DNA from: Ignavibacteria bacterium
GTDB taxonomy: Bacteria; Bacteroidota; Ignavibacteria; Kapaibacteriales; UBA2268
NCBI GenBank assembly: GCA_037445895.1
Contig: JBBIJO010000010.1
Location: 13,597 to 77,596 of the forward strand
Reading direction: 5' to 3'
DNA: 64,000 nucleotides
The notes under the pieces were generated by a model. The model was given only the letters and a program-made list of their open reading frames with translations, did not search any database and was not told the DNA's origin. The translations under genes were made by a program, and so were the position numbers. Below, in pieces: positions 1 through 9,875 of this stretch (position 1 is the first letter of the stretch; each line of letters begins with the position of its first letter).

Positions 1-903
1 TTTGATTTGTTTTAGTGCATCCAGTTCTTCCTGAATTATGTTGCGTAAAATATCGAACATTGCTTTATGATTTTTATGTGCACCGCCAAGAGGTTCGGGT
101 ACAATTCTATCGATAACGTTAAGTTCAATTAGATCTTTGGCAGTCAATTTCAAAGCTTCGGCAGCTTGTTCTTTGTAATCCCAGCTTCGCCAAAGAATAC
201 TCGAGCAAGACTCGGGAGAAATTACACTATACCAGGCATTTTCGAGCATAAGGATTCGGTCGCCGATACCTATGCCGATTGCCCCGCCGCTTGCTCCTTC
301 GCCAATTATTATTACAAGGATTGGAACTTGCAATTTAGCCATCAAGAACAGGTTACGCGCTATAGCCTCGGCTTGCCCTCGTTCTTCGGCTTCTATACCA
401 GGAAATGCCCCTGGTGTATCCAGAAAAGTTATAATAGGTTTTTTAAACTTTTCGGCTAATAGGAAGAGCCGATGAGCTTTGCGGTAACCTTCGGGATTTG
501 GCATACCGAAATTCCGAACAAGATTAGTCTTGGTGTCTTTACCTTTTTGATGTCCTACAATCATTACGGAAACACCATTGAATTTTGCAATTCCACCAAC
601 TATCGAAGGGTCGTCCCGAACACAGCGGTCTCCGTGAAGTTCAACAAAATCGGTGAAAAGGTTTGTAATATAATCCAGTGTCAGCGGACGCTCTGGATGG
701 CGAGCAATTTGAACTCGTTGCCAACGAGTAAGTTGATTATAAATTTGTAGTTTGAGTTCTTCAACTTTTGCTTGCATAGTTGCCAGTTCGTCGCCAATAT
801 TGATTACTTCGTTCAGAGTCTTCATTTCTTCGATTTTTTTCTCGAGTTCGTAAATTGGTTTTTCGAAATCAAGAAGATATTTGGGAGTGGTTTGATTGTT
901 CAT
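1..903 (-). CDS. accA: acetyl-CoA carboxylase carboxyltransferase alpha subunit (C-terminus runs off the window)
   Basis: It is absent from the ORF track because it has no stop codon in the window. My reverse-strand translation from the ATG at 903-901 gives [28 protein letters not shown]...[21 protein letters not shown]. Near the window edge it gives [15 protein letters not shown]. Both are AccA hallmarks. The start overlaps the upstream stop as ATGA. Confidence 0.9.
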   Translation of the reverse strand, partial: MNNQTTPKYLLDFEKPIYELEKKIEEMKTLNEVINIGDELATMQAKVEELKLQIYNQLTRWQRVQIARHPERPLTLDYITNLFTDFVELHGDRCVRDDPSIVGGIAKFNGVSVMIVGHQKGKDTKTNLVRNFGMPNPEGYRKAHRLFLLAEKFKKPIITFLDTPGAFPGIEAEERGQAEAIARNLFLMAKLQVPILVIIIGEGASGGAIGIGIGDRILMLENAWYSVISPESCSSILWRSWDYKEQAAEALKLTAKDLIELNVIDRIVPEPLGGAHKNHKAMFDILRNIIQEELDALKQIK

Positions 904-2852
904 TTTTGTCCCTTGGTATATTTCAACAAAAGTTCAATATCGAGCAAAGGAGAATAATTCTTTAAATAAAACTGGTTAAGTTTAGAAATTGTTCCTTCGC
1001 TCAAGTGTAAATTAGAATGTGCTTCGGCAATAGAGATTAAAGGTTTTTTCTCGATTGTATCGGTTGAATTACCTGTTCCAACAAAAGTCATTTTTCCAAT
1101 CAAAATGTTAATAAAACTTTTTAAAATGTTTTCACCATTACGAAATAACAAAAATGTTAGCGGAATTCCAAGAGTAAGGAAAAATACCGAAAGCGATATA
1201 TCAATAAGTCGTTTAGCAACTTGATAACGAAAACGAGAAAAATTATAAATTGGGAAAGTTGGTTCCAAGTCGATGATTTCATTTATGAGTCGGGCAGCAA
1301 TTATTTCCTCGTATTCTTGGGCAAAATGGAGGCGAACTTTCGGAATCTTTGCCATCTGAATATTTTTTAAATATTCAATATTTGAAAGGGTAGAATCGGT
1401 TATTATAACTTCGGTAATTTTGTTTTTCGAAAGTATTCTTTGAAGTTCAGAGATTGAACCAAGAAAAGGTAAATCACAAAAATTCGAGAACGATTTTTGT
1501 TTAGTTGAAATCAAACCAACAATTTGTGCGTCGACTAAATCGGATTCTTCGATTTTATTGATAATTGTCTTTGTCTTTTCGTTGTCTCCAATAAATGCTA
1601 ATCGCCGAGGAGAACGTTTCCCGCCAATTTTTGTTATTAGATTGTAAACAACTCGCATTCCAGGAAGTAGGAATGTGGCAAATCCAATTGTTAAAAGCAG
1701 AACACCCCTGCTAAAAGCAAATTCATTAAAGAAGTAAGTTAAAGCTGAAAGGACAAAAAATGCTATCATTAGTCCGAAAGATGTACCCCAGAAACTGTTC
1801 CTACGTTCGAAATATTCTCCAGTTGCAATCATCGAACAAAAGATAACAAGACTCAATGCAATAAAGACCGTTGGATATGCATAATTGGGAAAACTAAAAA
1901 AAGAACCAAAACGGATTAAACTTGCAAACAAAAGCGAAATGTTTATTGCAATTAAGTCATACAGGATGAAAAAGAATTCTGTTTTATATTTCCAAAACCG
2001 TGCAATAAGCTTATGGAAGCGTATTCCAAGAGCAATGAAAGCAAGGAAGAAAAGCGATTTACCATAGTGACGGCGGGCAAATATCTCCATTGCTTGATAG
2101 AAATTAACCGTTTCGTCGATAGAACTTCGTTTGGTGCTTTGACCCTTGTAATGAATAATTGAAGTTGAATGAACATAAGCAGTTTTCCAACCAATTTGTG
2201 CAGCTCGGAAACAAAAATCGAGGTCTTCGCCATACATAAAGAAAGATGTATCGAAACCATTTAATAGTTCGATAACTTCCCGGCGAATGAACATAAACGA
2301 ACCACTAATAGAATCGACGAAGTATGTTTCGTCAGGACTACGAAATGTTTGATTATATTGCCCGAAAAGTTTCGAATGCGGGAACAGACTTTGCAAACCA
2401 AATAGTTTTGTAAATGAAACCCAAGGGGTTGGGAAACTGCGCCGACAGGCAAGTTGCAACGTCCCGTCGGGGTTCAAAACTTTGCACCCCGCAATGCCAA
2501 CTTCGGGGTGCAATTCCATAAATGTAAACATAGTTTGCAGAGTATCTTCTTGAAGGTAGGTATCGGGGTTTAATATCAGCAAGTAACGTCCTTTTGCAAT
2601 CTTGAAAGCTTCGTTATTCGCAGCTGCAAATCCTTTGTTTTCGTTCAAAGCAATTAGCTTGACTTCGGGAAATTGCTTGCGAACAAATTCCGTCGAATTA
2701 TCAATGGAATTATTATCGACAACAATGATTTCAATGCCGAAATTGTATTTAGATTTATAAATAGAGTGAAGGCATTGCGAAAGAAAATCCTTCACATTGA
2801 AGTTAACAATAACTATGGAAAGCTGGGGTGCTTCTTGCATTTTCAAAGGCAT
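900..2852 (-). CDS. family-2 glycosyltransferase fused to a membrane/Rossmann-like scaffold with a truncated polyprenyl-phosphate sugar-phosphotransferase-like C-terminus
   Basis: 650-aa ORF. GT2 motifs in the first ~260 aa: [45 protein letters not shown] hydrophobic multi-helix block follows, then [13 protein letters not shown]...AQIVGLIS. The C-terminal [24 protein letters not shown] and [12 protein letters not shown] resemble the two ends of a Bac_transf domain. Confidence 0.8.
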   Translation of the reverse strand: MPLKMQEAPQLSIVIVNFNVKDFLSQCLHSIYKSKYNFGIEIIVVDNNSIDNSTEFVRKQFPEVKLIALNENKGFAAANNEAFKIAKGRYLLILNPDTYLQEDTLQTMFTFMELHPEVGIAGCKVLNPDGTLQLACRRSFPTPWVSFTKLFGLQSLFPHSKLFGQYNQTFRSPDETYFVDSISGSFMFIRREVIELLNGFDTSFFMYGEDLDFCFRAAQIGWKTAYVHSTSIIHYKGQSTKRSSIDETVNFYQAMEIFARRHYGKSLFFLAFIALGIRFHKLIARFWKYKTEFFFILYDLIAINISLLFASLIRFGSFFSFPNYAYPTVFIALSLVIFCSMIATGEYFERRNSFWGTSFGLMIAFFVLSALTYFFNEFAFSRGVLLLTIGFATFLLPGMRVVYNLITKIGGKRSPRRLAFIGDNEKTKTIINKIEESDLVDAQIVGLISTKQKSFSNFCDLPFLGSISELQRILSKNKITEVIITDSTLSNIEYLKNIQMAKIPKVRLHFAQEYEEIIAARLINEIIDLEPTFPIYNFSRFRYQVAKRLIDISLSVFFLTLGIPLTFLLFRNGENILKSFINILIGKMTFVGTGNSTDTIEKKPLISIAEAHSNLHLSEGTISKLNQFYLKNYSPLLDIELLLKYTKGQK

Positions 2853-3556
2853 TTAAATAGTTTGCAAAGTTTTAGTTTCCAAACAAGAAAAACCGCTTCG
2901 AAAATAATCTTTCTATTCATCTTCGAAGTGCCATTGCGTCGGTCAGTAAAGATTATAGGAATTTCTTTGACACGGAAACCGTTTGCCCAAAAGCGAAAGT
3001 TCATTTCTATTTGAAATCCATATCCATTGGTCTTTACCTTCGATAATTCGATTTTTCGTAATGCCTCGGTCCGGAAGCACTTGAAACCACCCGTAGCATC
3101 CTTAATTGGCATTCCTGTGATAACCCTAGTGTAAAGATTTGCAAAGTAACTTAAAATCAAACGTTGCAGTGGCCAATTAATCACATTAACGCCGGTTAAA
3201 TAGCGCGATCCAATTACTAAATCGGCGTCTTCTATGGCACGAAGAAATCGGGGGATATCCTCTGGATTATGAGAGAAGTCTGCATCCATCTCGAAAATTG
3301 CCTCGTAATTATGTTCTATTGAGTATTTAAAACCATCGATATATGCAGTTCCTAATCCCATTTTTCCGGGTCTATGGATTAAGTGAATTCGTTGGTCGTT
3401 TGCCATTATATTTTGGACAATGCGGGCAGTTCCATCGGGAGAATTATCGTCAACGATTAAAATATGAAGCGATGGTTCGACGGCGAAAATTTTACCAATA
3501 AGTTTTTCAATGTTTTCTGCTTCATTATATGTCGGGATGATGACTATCGTTTTCAT
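2843..3556 (-). CDS. polyprenol-phosphate mannosyltransferase-like GT2 (Dpm1/Ppm1 family)
   Basis: 237 aa. Motifs: IIPTYNEAENI, ILIVDDNSPDGTA, GLGTAY, EMDADFSHNPEDIP, GSRY, GGFKCF, GYGFQIEM, GTSKM. Confidence 0.85.
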   Translation of the reverse strand: MKTIVIIPTYNEAENIEKLIGKIFAVEPSLHILIVDDNSPDGTARIVQNIMANDQRIHLIHRPGKMGLGTAYIDGFKYSIEHNYEAIFEMDADFSHNPEDIPRFLRAIEDADLVIGSRYLTGVNVINWPLQRLILSYFANLYTRVITGMPIKDATGGFKCFRTEALRKIELSKVKTNGYGFQIEMNFRFWANGFRVKEIPIIFTDRRNGTSKMNRKIIFEAVFLVWKLKLCKLFKCL

Positions 3557-3562
3557 AGTAAT

Positions 3563-5332
3563 CTAGTAAATTGCTAATCGCTTTCTTATCTCGTCGTATG
3601 TCTCGAGTTCAAGGGCCTGGTGTGTTGTTCGAACAGCTGTATCGTATTCAATTTCGGAAATCCATTTTTTTACTTGTAAAAAATTCGGAGGAGAAACACT
3701 AATCGAATCTAACCCTAATCCTATTAGAATCTCGGTTGCCGAAGGGTGCGAAGCCAGTTCACCGCAAATGCCAACTGGTATTTTGTGTTTTTTAGCACCT
3801 TCGATTGTAATTTGCATTAACTTTAAAACCGATGGGTGAAATGGATCGAAGTAGTTAACAACATATTGGTTGTCGCGATCGGCAACGACAGTATATTGGG
3901 TCAAGTCATTTGTTCCGATACTTAAAAAATCTACGTATTTCGAGATTGCTTCGGCTTGTAGGGCTGCCGCAGGAGTTTCTATCATAGCACCAATCTCGAT
4001 TTCTTGGTCGAATACTTCTCCTTCGTTTAACAATTCTATTTTGCAAACGTTTAGTAAATCGATTGATTCTTTGATTTCTTGGATTGTTGTTACCATTGGT
4101 AGCATTATTTTAAGATTTTTTTCCCTAGATGCCCGAAGCAAGGCTCTCAATTGTGATTTGAATAACTTAGGATTTGCCAGTAAGAATCGAATTCCTCTTA
4201 ATCCTAACATTGGATTGTTCTCTGTAATTTTTAAAATTGCATAGAACTTATCGCCGCCAAGGTCGAACACTCTGAATATTACTGGTTTAGGATATATTTT
4301 ATGGACAACATCCCTATACTTGCTGTATTGAAGCTCTTCGAAATCTTTAATGCCCTTTTCTGTTAAATTTTGTGGGAATTCTATAAGATGTTCAGTTCTA
4401 ACCAATCCTATGCCATCGGAATAGAATACTATCTTATTATCGAGTTCACCCAGAAAATTTAAATTGACTTGCAAGGAAATTTTTTTGTTGTCCTTTGTTT
4501 GCGTAGGTATCTTTAATAAATCCCCAAGTTTAGCTTTTAATTCGCTTTCTTCGCGAATTTGTTTTTTAAATGCATCAAAAGTTGTTTCGTTATAATTGAC
4601 AACAATCAAACCCTTGTAGCCATCGATAACAATATTGTCGCCATTACTAATTTCGGTTGTAGCATTTGCAACCCCAATTACTTCTGGGATTTCCAATGAA
4701 CGAGCTAAAATTGAGGAATGAGTTGTTAAGCCCCCTATTTCAGTAATTATCCCACGAATTCCATTGTGTTTGAAAACTATCACTTGTTCCGGCGAAACTG
4801 TTTTAGAAACGATAATAGAATTTGGAGGAATGTCCGAAAAGAATTTTTTGTTGGCTAAAATTTCGAGCATTTGGTCGCGAAGTTGCTCGAGTTCGATAGC
4901 CTTTTCGCGGAAAAGTTTGTCTTTTATCGATATGATTGTTTGTAAATATTGGTTAAATACGATTTGAATAGCAACTTCAACTGAATTCCCGTCCCGAATT
5001 TTTTCAATAATACCTTCGATTAAAGAGCTATCGTGAACCAAAAGCTGTAAGGTTTCGACAATCGAATACACTTGTTTCGATTCTTTTTGTATTGCTTTGG
5101 CATACTTTTCAAGTTCTTTCGAGTATTCTTCGATTGCGGTTTGGAATCTTTCGATCTCGTCGTCCACTACAATTGAGACTTGCTGAGTATGATTATTTGG
5201 CAAGTGAATCTTGTCGGAAATAACATAGGCAGTCCCAACTGCATAACCCAATGACGAAGGGATTCCTTTCAGGATTTTTTCGTCCTTTGGGGCTGTCTTT
5301 TGTTTAGTAGCTTTTGTAATAGGAGTTTGCAT
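3563..5332 (-). CDS. ptsI: phosphoenolpyruvate-protein phosphotransferase (PTS enzyme I)
   Basis: 589 aa. Phosphohistidine loop GGLTTHSSILARSLEIPEV. PEP-utilising C-terminal domain motifs IGAMIETPAA and IGTNDLTQY. Confidence 0.92.
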   Translation of the reverse strand: MQTPITKATKQKTAPKDEKILKGIPSSLGYAVGTAYVISDKIHLPNNHTQQVSIVVDDEIERFQTAIEEYSKELEKYAKAIQKESKQVYSIVETLQLLVHDSSLIEGIIEKIRDGNSVEVAIQIVFNQYLQTIISIKDKLFREKAIELEQLRDQMLEILANKKFFSDIPPNSIIVSKTVSPEQVIVFKHNGIRGIITEIGGLTTHSSILARSLEIPEVIGVANATTEISNGDNIVIDGYKGLIVVNYNETTFDAFKKQIREESELKAKLGDLLKIPTQTKDNKKISLQVNLNFLGELDNKIVFYSDGIGLVRTEHLIEFPQNLTEKGIKDFEELQYSKYRDVVHKIYPKPVIFRVFDLGGDKFYAILKITENNPMLGLRGIRFLLANPKLFKSQLRALLRASREKNLKIMLPMVTTIQEIKESIDLLNVCKIELLNEGEVFDQEIEIGAMIETPAAALQAEAISKYVDFLSIGTNDLTQYTVVADRDNQYVVNYFDPFHPSVLKLMQITIEGAKKHKIPVGICGELASHPSATEILIGLGLDSISVSPPNFLQVKKWISEIEYDTAVRTTHQALELETYDEIRKRLAIY

Positions 5333-5358
5333 TTAGAACATAATGTTAGTTTGTGTAG

Positions 5359-5622
5359 TTAAATTTCGTAAAATCCAGCCTTAAAGAGTTCTATCAAGGC
5401 ATTTGTTGCCTCGTTTTCGTCGAGACCTTCGGCAATGATACGCACTTTCGAGCCTTGCTCAGCAGGCAATGTCATCACACCTATAATACTTTTTGCATTA
5501 ACAGAGTAGCCGTCTACTTCGAGGTAAATCTTTGAATCGAATTTTGAAGCGAGTTTTACAATCTCGGCAGCAGGCCGAGTATGGATACCAGCTGGATTGA
5601 TAACTTCTACTTCGACTTTCAC
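5359..5622 (-). CDS. ptsH: phosphocarrier protein HPr
   Basis: 87 aa. GIHTRPAAEIV is the His-15 site and NAKSIIGVMTL is the Ser-46 site. It lies directly upstream of ptsI. Confidence 0.92.
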   Translation of the reverse strand: MKVEVEVINPAGIHTRPAAEIVKLASKFDSKIYLEVDGYSVNAKSIIGVMTLPAEQGSKVRIIAEGLDENEATNALIELFKAGFYEI

Positions 5623-5647
5623 TATATCGTTCGATTTTAATAGACTA

Positions 5648-5655
5648 CAAAATTA
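5648..5655 (-). promoter_or_regulatory. putative Bacteroidetes-type -7 box TAATTTTG upstream of ptsH
   Basis: The plus strand reads caaaatta, which is TAATTTTG (TAnnTTTG) on the minus strand. It ends 25 nt before the ptsH ATG (5622). Confidence 0.45.
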
Positions 5656-5944
5656 AAAAAATTATTCTAAAAAACTATAATAACTTGCAGAGCGATTTCG
5701 AAAGCAGCTATTGTATGGAATAGTTTGTGGTTATCCTTTCTTTTATTAGACTGGATATTCTTCGGGGTGTAATAGAAAAGCTGCTAATTGCCGATAAACC
5801 ATTGAGATATGGAAAAAATCCAGAGGTTGGTTGGAAATATTAGCAAAGTTGGATAATATATGAGGAAAAGACTTTAAAGAATGTTGGTGCTTTTAAGTAT
5901 GTCAACTGTTGGATTAAAGTAGAAACGAAATTGACTCGCTCTTG

Positions 5945-6955
5945 CTATTCTTGTTTTTGGACTAAGCCAACTTTGCGGTAAACTTTTTGTAGTGTTTTGC
6001 TTGCTGCTTTTTGGGCTCTTTCAGCGCCGCGAGAAAGGACTTTGCGGAGGAAATCCTCGTCTTTACGGTATTCGGAATATTTTTGTTTAAAGGGGCGAAG
6101 AAACTCCACTAATACTTCTGCGACGGCCTCCTTGAATTCACCATAACCTTTGCTTTTGAACTCGTTTTCTATTTCAGCGATTGATTTATTCGTTGCAATT
6201 TGATATAGTGTAATCAAATTTGAAATGCCGGCCTTCTCGTTGGAAAAGCGAACTTCGGTTCCAGAATCCGTAACAGCCCTCTTAATCTTATTTTTTATTC
6301 GATTATCGTCGTCGGTAAGAAAAAGGACCCCCATTTGATTCGAGTCGGATTTGGACATTTTTTTTGTTGGTTCTTGTAGATTCATAATTTTAGCGCCGAC
6401 TTTTGGAATGTATGGCTCTGGTATTTTAAATGTTTCCGAGTAGATCGTATTGAAACGCTGTGCCAAGTTACGAGTCAATTCCAAATGCTGTTTTTGGTCT
6501 TGGCCAACCGGAACTAAATCGGCTTGATAGAGCAAAATATCCGCAGCCATTAGAATTGGATATGCAAACAAGCCGACGTTTATGTTTTCCGGATACTTTT
6601 GTGATTTATCTTTAAATTGGGTCATTCGCGAGCATTCACCCATACCAGTAAAGCAATTTAGTACCCAAGCGAGTTGCGTATGTTCTGGGACGTGCGATTG
6701 AATAAAGATATGCGATGTTTCCGGATTGATTCCGACCGCAAGGAAAGTTGCTGCTAAATCGAGTGTCCAACGGCGTAACTGAGCCGGCTCCTGCCTTACA
6801 GTTATTGCATGCAAATCAACAATTGTATAATAGCATTCGAACTCGTCTTGGAATTGAACCCAATTGCGTAATGCACCTGTCAAATGCCCAATGTGAAGCC
6901 CCCCCGTTGGTTGCATTCCGCTTAATATAATTTTTTTCTTAGTTTCGATATCCAT
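5945..6955 (-). CDS. trpS: tryptophan--tRNA ligase
   Basis: 336 aa. SGMQPTGGLHIGH provides the HIGH motif, KMSKS is present, and the length is typical of TrpRS. Confidence 0.92.
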   Translation of the reverse strand: MDIETKKKIILSGMQPTGGLHIGHLTGALRNWVQFQDEFECYYTIVDLHAITVRQEPAQLRRWTLDLAATFLAVGINPETSHIFIQSHVPEHTQLAWVLNCFTGMGECSRMTQFKDKSQKYPENINVGLFAYPILMAADILLYQADLVPVGQDQKQHLELTRNLAQRFNTIYSETFKIPEPYIPKVGAKIMNLQEPTKKMSKSDSNQMGVLFLTDDDNRIKNKIKRAVTDSGTEVRFSNEKAGISNLITLYQIATNKSIAEIENEFKSKGYGEFKEAVAEVLVEFLRPFKQKYSEYRKDEDFLRKVLSRGAERAQKAASKTLQKVYRKVGLVQKQE

Positions 6956-6977
6956 AGAATTTGCAGAAATAAGATTA

Positions 6978-6985
6978 CAAAGATA
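6978..6985 (-). promoter_or_regulatory. putative -7 box TATCTTTG upstream of trpS
   Basis: The plus strand reads caaagata, which is TATCTTTG on the minus strand. It lies 22 nt upstream of the trpS ATG (6955). Confidence 0.4.
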
Positions 6986-7066
6986 AGAAAAAATAGCGGA
7001 TGAAACGAAGCGTTCGATGGAAACTCGATGCCTAAATTTTATTTTGAGACATTTGAAACAAACTTG

Positions 7067-7074
7067 TATATTTG
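7067..7074 (+). promoter_or_regulatory. putative -7 box TATATTTG upstream of thyX
   Basis: TATATTTG matches TAnnTTTG. It lies 34 nt upstream of the thyX TTG start, and a TTTG sits 20 nt further upstream. Confidence 0.4.
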
Positions 7075-7108
7075 TATTTTAAAATGATTATATAATTCGG
7101 GAGTAAAT

Positions 7109-7954
7109 TTGGAACTTTCAATTAAAGAAGTATTAGGCAAAGAATTTAGATGTTTAGATAAAGGTTTTGTTCGGCTTGTCGAAGTTATGGGCGACGACTC
7201 TTCGATTGTCCAAGCAGCGCGGGTTTCCTACGGCAAAGGAACAAAAAGCGTCAACGAGGACCGTAATCTGATTCGATATTTAATGCGCCACCGCCACACC
7301 TCGCCTTTCGAAATGGTTGAATTTAAATTTCATGTTAAACTTCCTATCTTTGTTGCTCGGCAATGGATACGGCATCGCACTGCTAATGTGAATGAATACT
7401 CAGGTCGTTATTCCATAATGAACGACGAATTTTACATTCCAGACCAAGATGCCGTCCGCAAACAAAGCAAAATCAATAAACAAGGACGTGCAAACGAACC
7501 AATCGACTCCGAAATCGCTGAAAAATTTATCCAAGACGTTCAAGAGACACAGCAACTACTATACGATAAATATAATCATTATCTCCAAGACGAAATTGCA
7601 CGCGAACTAGCTCGCGTAAATCTTCCTCTTTCTACATATACAGAATGGTATTGGAAAATTGATTTACATAATCTTTTCCATTTTCTTCAACTACGATTGG
7701 ACGAAACTGCCCAATACGAAATCCGAGAATATGCAAAAGTAATTGCTAAAATTGTAGAAGCGACGGTCCCAATGGCTTACGAGGCATTTGTTGATTATCG
7801 ATTGGAATCGGTCGCATTTTCGCGACTCGAGTTGAAAATCTTGAACACTATGGTGCAAAATAAAATCCCATCGTTCGAAGAAATGCTCGAAATAGGCTTA
7901 ACCAAAAGAGAAATCGAGGAATTTCTTGCAAAAATTTCCTTATTGAATAGGTAG
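7109..7954 (+). CDS. thyX: FAD-dependent thymidylate synthase ThyX
   Basis: 281 aa. RHRHTSPFE, ARQWIRHRT and YSGRYS fit the ThyX RHRxxS signature. The TTG start lies 6 nt after GGGAG. Confidence 0.92.
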   Translation: MELSIKEVLGKEFRCLDKGFVRLVEVMGDDSSIVQAARVSYGKGTKSVNEDRNLIRYLMRHRHTSPFEMVEFKFHVKLPIFVARQWIRHRTANVNEYSGRYSIMNDEFYIPDQDAVRKQSKINKQGRANEPIDSEIAEKFIQDVQETQQLLYDKYNHYLQDEIARELARVNLPLSTYTEWYWKIDLHNLFHFLQLRLDETAQYEIREYAKVIAKIVEATVPMAYEAFVDYRLESVAFSRLELKILNTMVQNKIPSFEEMLEIGLTKREIEEFLAKISLLNR

Positions 7955-8088
7955 TGGCTATTGTAAAGTTAATGTTTCGAGCGGAATACGAAAAAATCTA
8001 ATCTTATTAAATTATCCAATTATTGCTTTTTGGTCAATCATTGTTAATTAATTGACGTAGTTATATAAATTTATGTAATTAAATTTAC

Positions 8089-8096
8089 TAAATTTG
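8089..8096 (+). promoter_or_regulatory. putative -7 box TAAATTTG upstream of the LolA-like gene
   Basis: TAAATTTG lies 21 nt upstream of the ATG at 8118. It overlaps the TTG start listed in the ORF track at 8094, which argues for the 8118 start. Confidence 0.45.
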
Positions 8097-8117
8097 TATT
8101 TTTTATTAGGAGATTTT

Positions 8118-8810
8118 ATGTTCCAAAAACTTCTTACAGTAATGATTTTAGTTGCTGTAACTACTGTAGCAGCGTTATCACAGGATATTAACGAGATAAT
8201 CCAAAAAGCGAAAGCAATGTGTAAGCAAGACGACATCAAAACTCTCTACGTCGAAACCCAATCGAAAATGATGGGTATGGATATGAATATGAAGCGATGG
8301 AAAAAAGAGCAAAATATGCGCGTCGATAATACCTTTATGGGACAAAATACTTCAATAATTATCACAGACAAGTCGGGCTGGATTAATCAAAACGGAACAA
8401 TCACAGACTTTCCCGAAACCCAATTGGATATCACAAGGACCCAACTCAAACAGCAAGACCCAGTCCAAACCTGCCATTTCGACGAAGAAGGGCTAACCTT
8501 TGAACTCGTTGGCAAAGAGAAAGTAAATGGCAAAGTATGCTATAATATTAAAATGAAAGATAAAGATGGGAACACAACGAACGTTTATCTTGAGCAAAAT
8601 ACATTCGAAGCACAAAAAATAATCACCCAACAAGAAATGAACGGAGATATGAAAAACTTCGAGATGGTTTTCTCCGAGTGGGACACCTATGCTGGCTACA
8701 GACTTCCAAAAAAAATCGAAATTTTTATGGATGGAGAGTCGTTGGGGACGATGGAAAATACTGTGATTAAAGTGAACGAACCAATAGACGACGCGGTGTT
8801 TAAAAAGTAA
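8118..8810 (+). CDS. secreted hypothetical protein, outer-membrane lipoprotein-sorting (LolA-like) type
   Basis: The ORF track lists 8094..8810. The ATG at 8118 is preceded by AGGAG. Signal peptide: MFQKLLTVMILVAVTTVAALSQ. Size and C-terminal ...DDAVFKK resemble the next gene. Confidence 0.6.
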   Translation: MFQKLLTVMILVAVTTVAALSQDINEIIQKAKAMCKQDDIKTLYVETQSKMMGMDMNMKRWKKEQNMRVDNTFMGQNTSIIITDKSGWINQNGTITDFPETQLDITRTQLKQQDPVQTCHFDEEGLTFELVGKEKVNGKVCYNIKMKDKDGNTTNVYLEQNTFEAQKIITQQEMNGDMKNFEMVFSEWDTYAGYRLPKKIEIFMDGESLGTMENTVIKVNEPIDDAVFKK

Positions 8811-8828
8811 TTCGGATTCGGAATAAAA

Positions 8829-9545
8829 ATGAGGCATTATAAGTTCAGTTTTATATTTTTTGTCGCTGCTACTCTACTTCTTTCGTGTCAAGAAAATGTT
8901 GATACTGTGATAAAGAAGAACGTCGAAGTTCGCGGGGGCGAGGATAATTTTCGTAATGTCCGAACTGTTTCTATGAAAATGAGTTTAAATACGCTGGGGA
9001 TGGAAGTTCCTATACGAATTTTCATCTCCCTTCCTGGTTCGATACGAACAGAAATGAACGTAAATGGGCAATCAATAATTACAGTTTTAAACGAAGATAA
9101 TGCTTGGGCAACTGTCGATGGCAATTTTACTCCCTTAGATGATAGTGCAGTGAAAGATTTACAAAAGAATTTACAAAGCCAATTGAACTACTTTAAAAGC
9201 GAGCTTTTCGATTATAAAAAACAGGGTGCAGTAATTAAGAATTTTACCAAGGAAAATTTTAAGGGCAAGCCTGCAATTAAAATTCGATTGGATTACCCCG
9301 ACGGTATTACTTCTTTCCTATTTATTGACCAGAAAACATATTTGAATCTCGCCACTCGTACCGAAAAACAGGTGAACGGGCAACTTATGCAAACCGAAAC
9401 AGTTTATAAGGACTATCGCCTCGTCGATGGCTTGATGGTGCCTTTCTCGATTGAAGTTAATAGTGGAGCAATGACGATTGCTACGATGCGTATGGATTCC
9501 TTGATATTCAACAAATCGATAGACAAGGCAATGTTTCGATTGTAA
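8829..9545 (+). CDS. secreted hypothetical protein, LolA-like paralogue
   Basis: 238 aa. Signal or lipoprotein leader FIFFVAATLLLSCQ. Same length and layout as 8118..8810, ending ...DKAMFRL. Confidence 0.6.
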   Translation: MRHYKFSFIFFVAATLLLSCQENVDTVIKKNVEVRGGEDNFRNVRTVSMKMSLNTLGMEVPIRIFISLPGSIRTEMNVNGQSIITVLNEDNAWATVDGNFTPLDDSAVKDLQKNLQSQLNYFKSELFDYKKQGAVIKNFTKENFKGKPAIKIRLDYPDGITSFLFIDQKTYLNLATRTEKQVNGQLMQTETVYKDYRLVDGLMVPFSIEVNSGAMTIATMRMDSLIFNKSIDKAMFRL

Positions 9546-9875
9546 AAACTTATTACTAAAATTTTTTCATAGTTTTAAATTGCTATTATTTCATATTCGC
9601 AGTATTAGTAAGTAGAATAATTTTAATTGAAGAAAAGGAGAGTAACACAATCCAGAGGCAGTGTATCCTTTCGAAACATATAAGAAGGAATATACGCGCC
9701 GGACAACTTCCCATCAACTGAATTTATCGTTCAAGAAACATAAAATGAATTAATATCAATACTGGGAAACTTCATTAATAGAAGAAATGAAAAATTCCTT
9801 AAATTACATTTGAACTAAAATGGAAAAAGCTGTTGACGTTGTTGGATAGTTTATTTTAAAAATAACTGCTTAGAT

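Noticed and set aside
5790-5797. A perfect GCCGATAA (sigma-28 -10 consensus) with TAAT 16 nt upstream, on the plus strand in the ptsH-trpS spacer.
   Set aside because: It points into the 3' end of the convergent trpS gene with no plus-strand gene downstream. An 8-mer is expected about twice by chance in 128 kb of two-strand sequence. An antisense or small RNA cannot be excluded but is unsupported.
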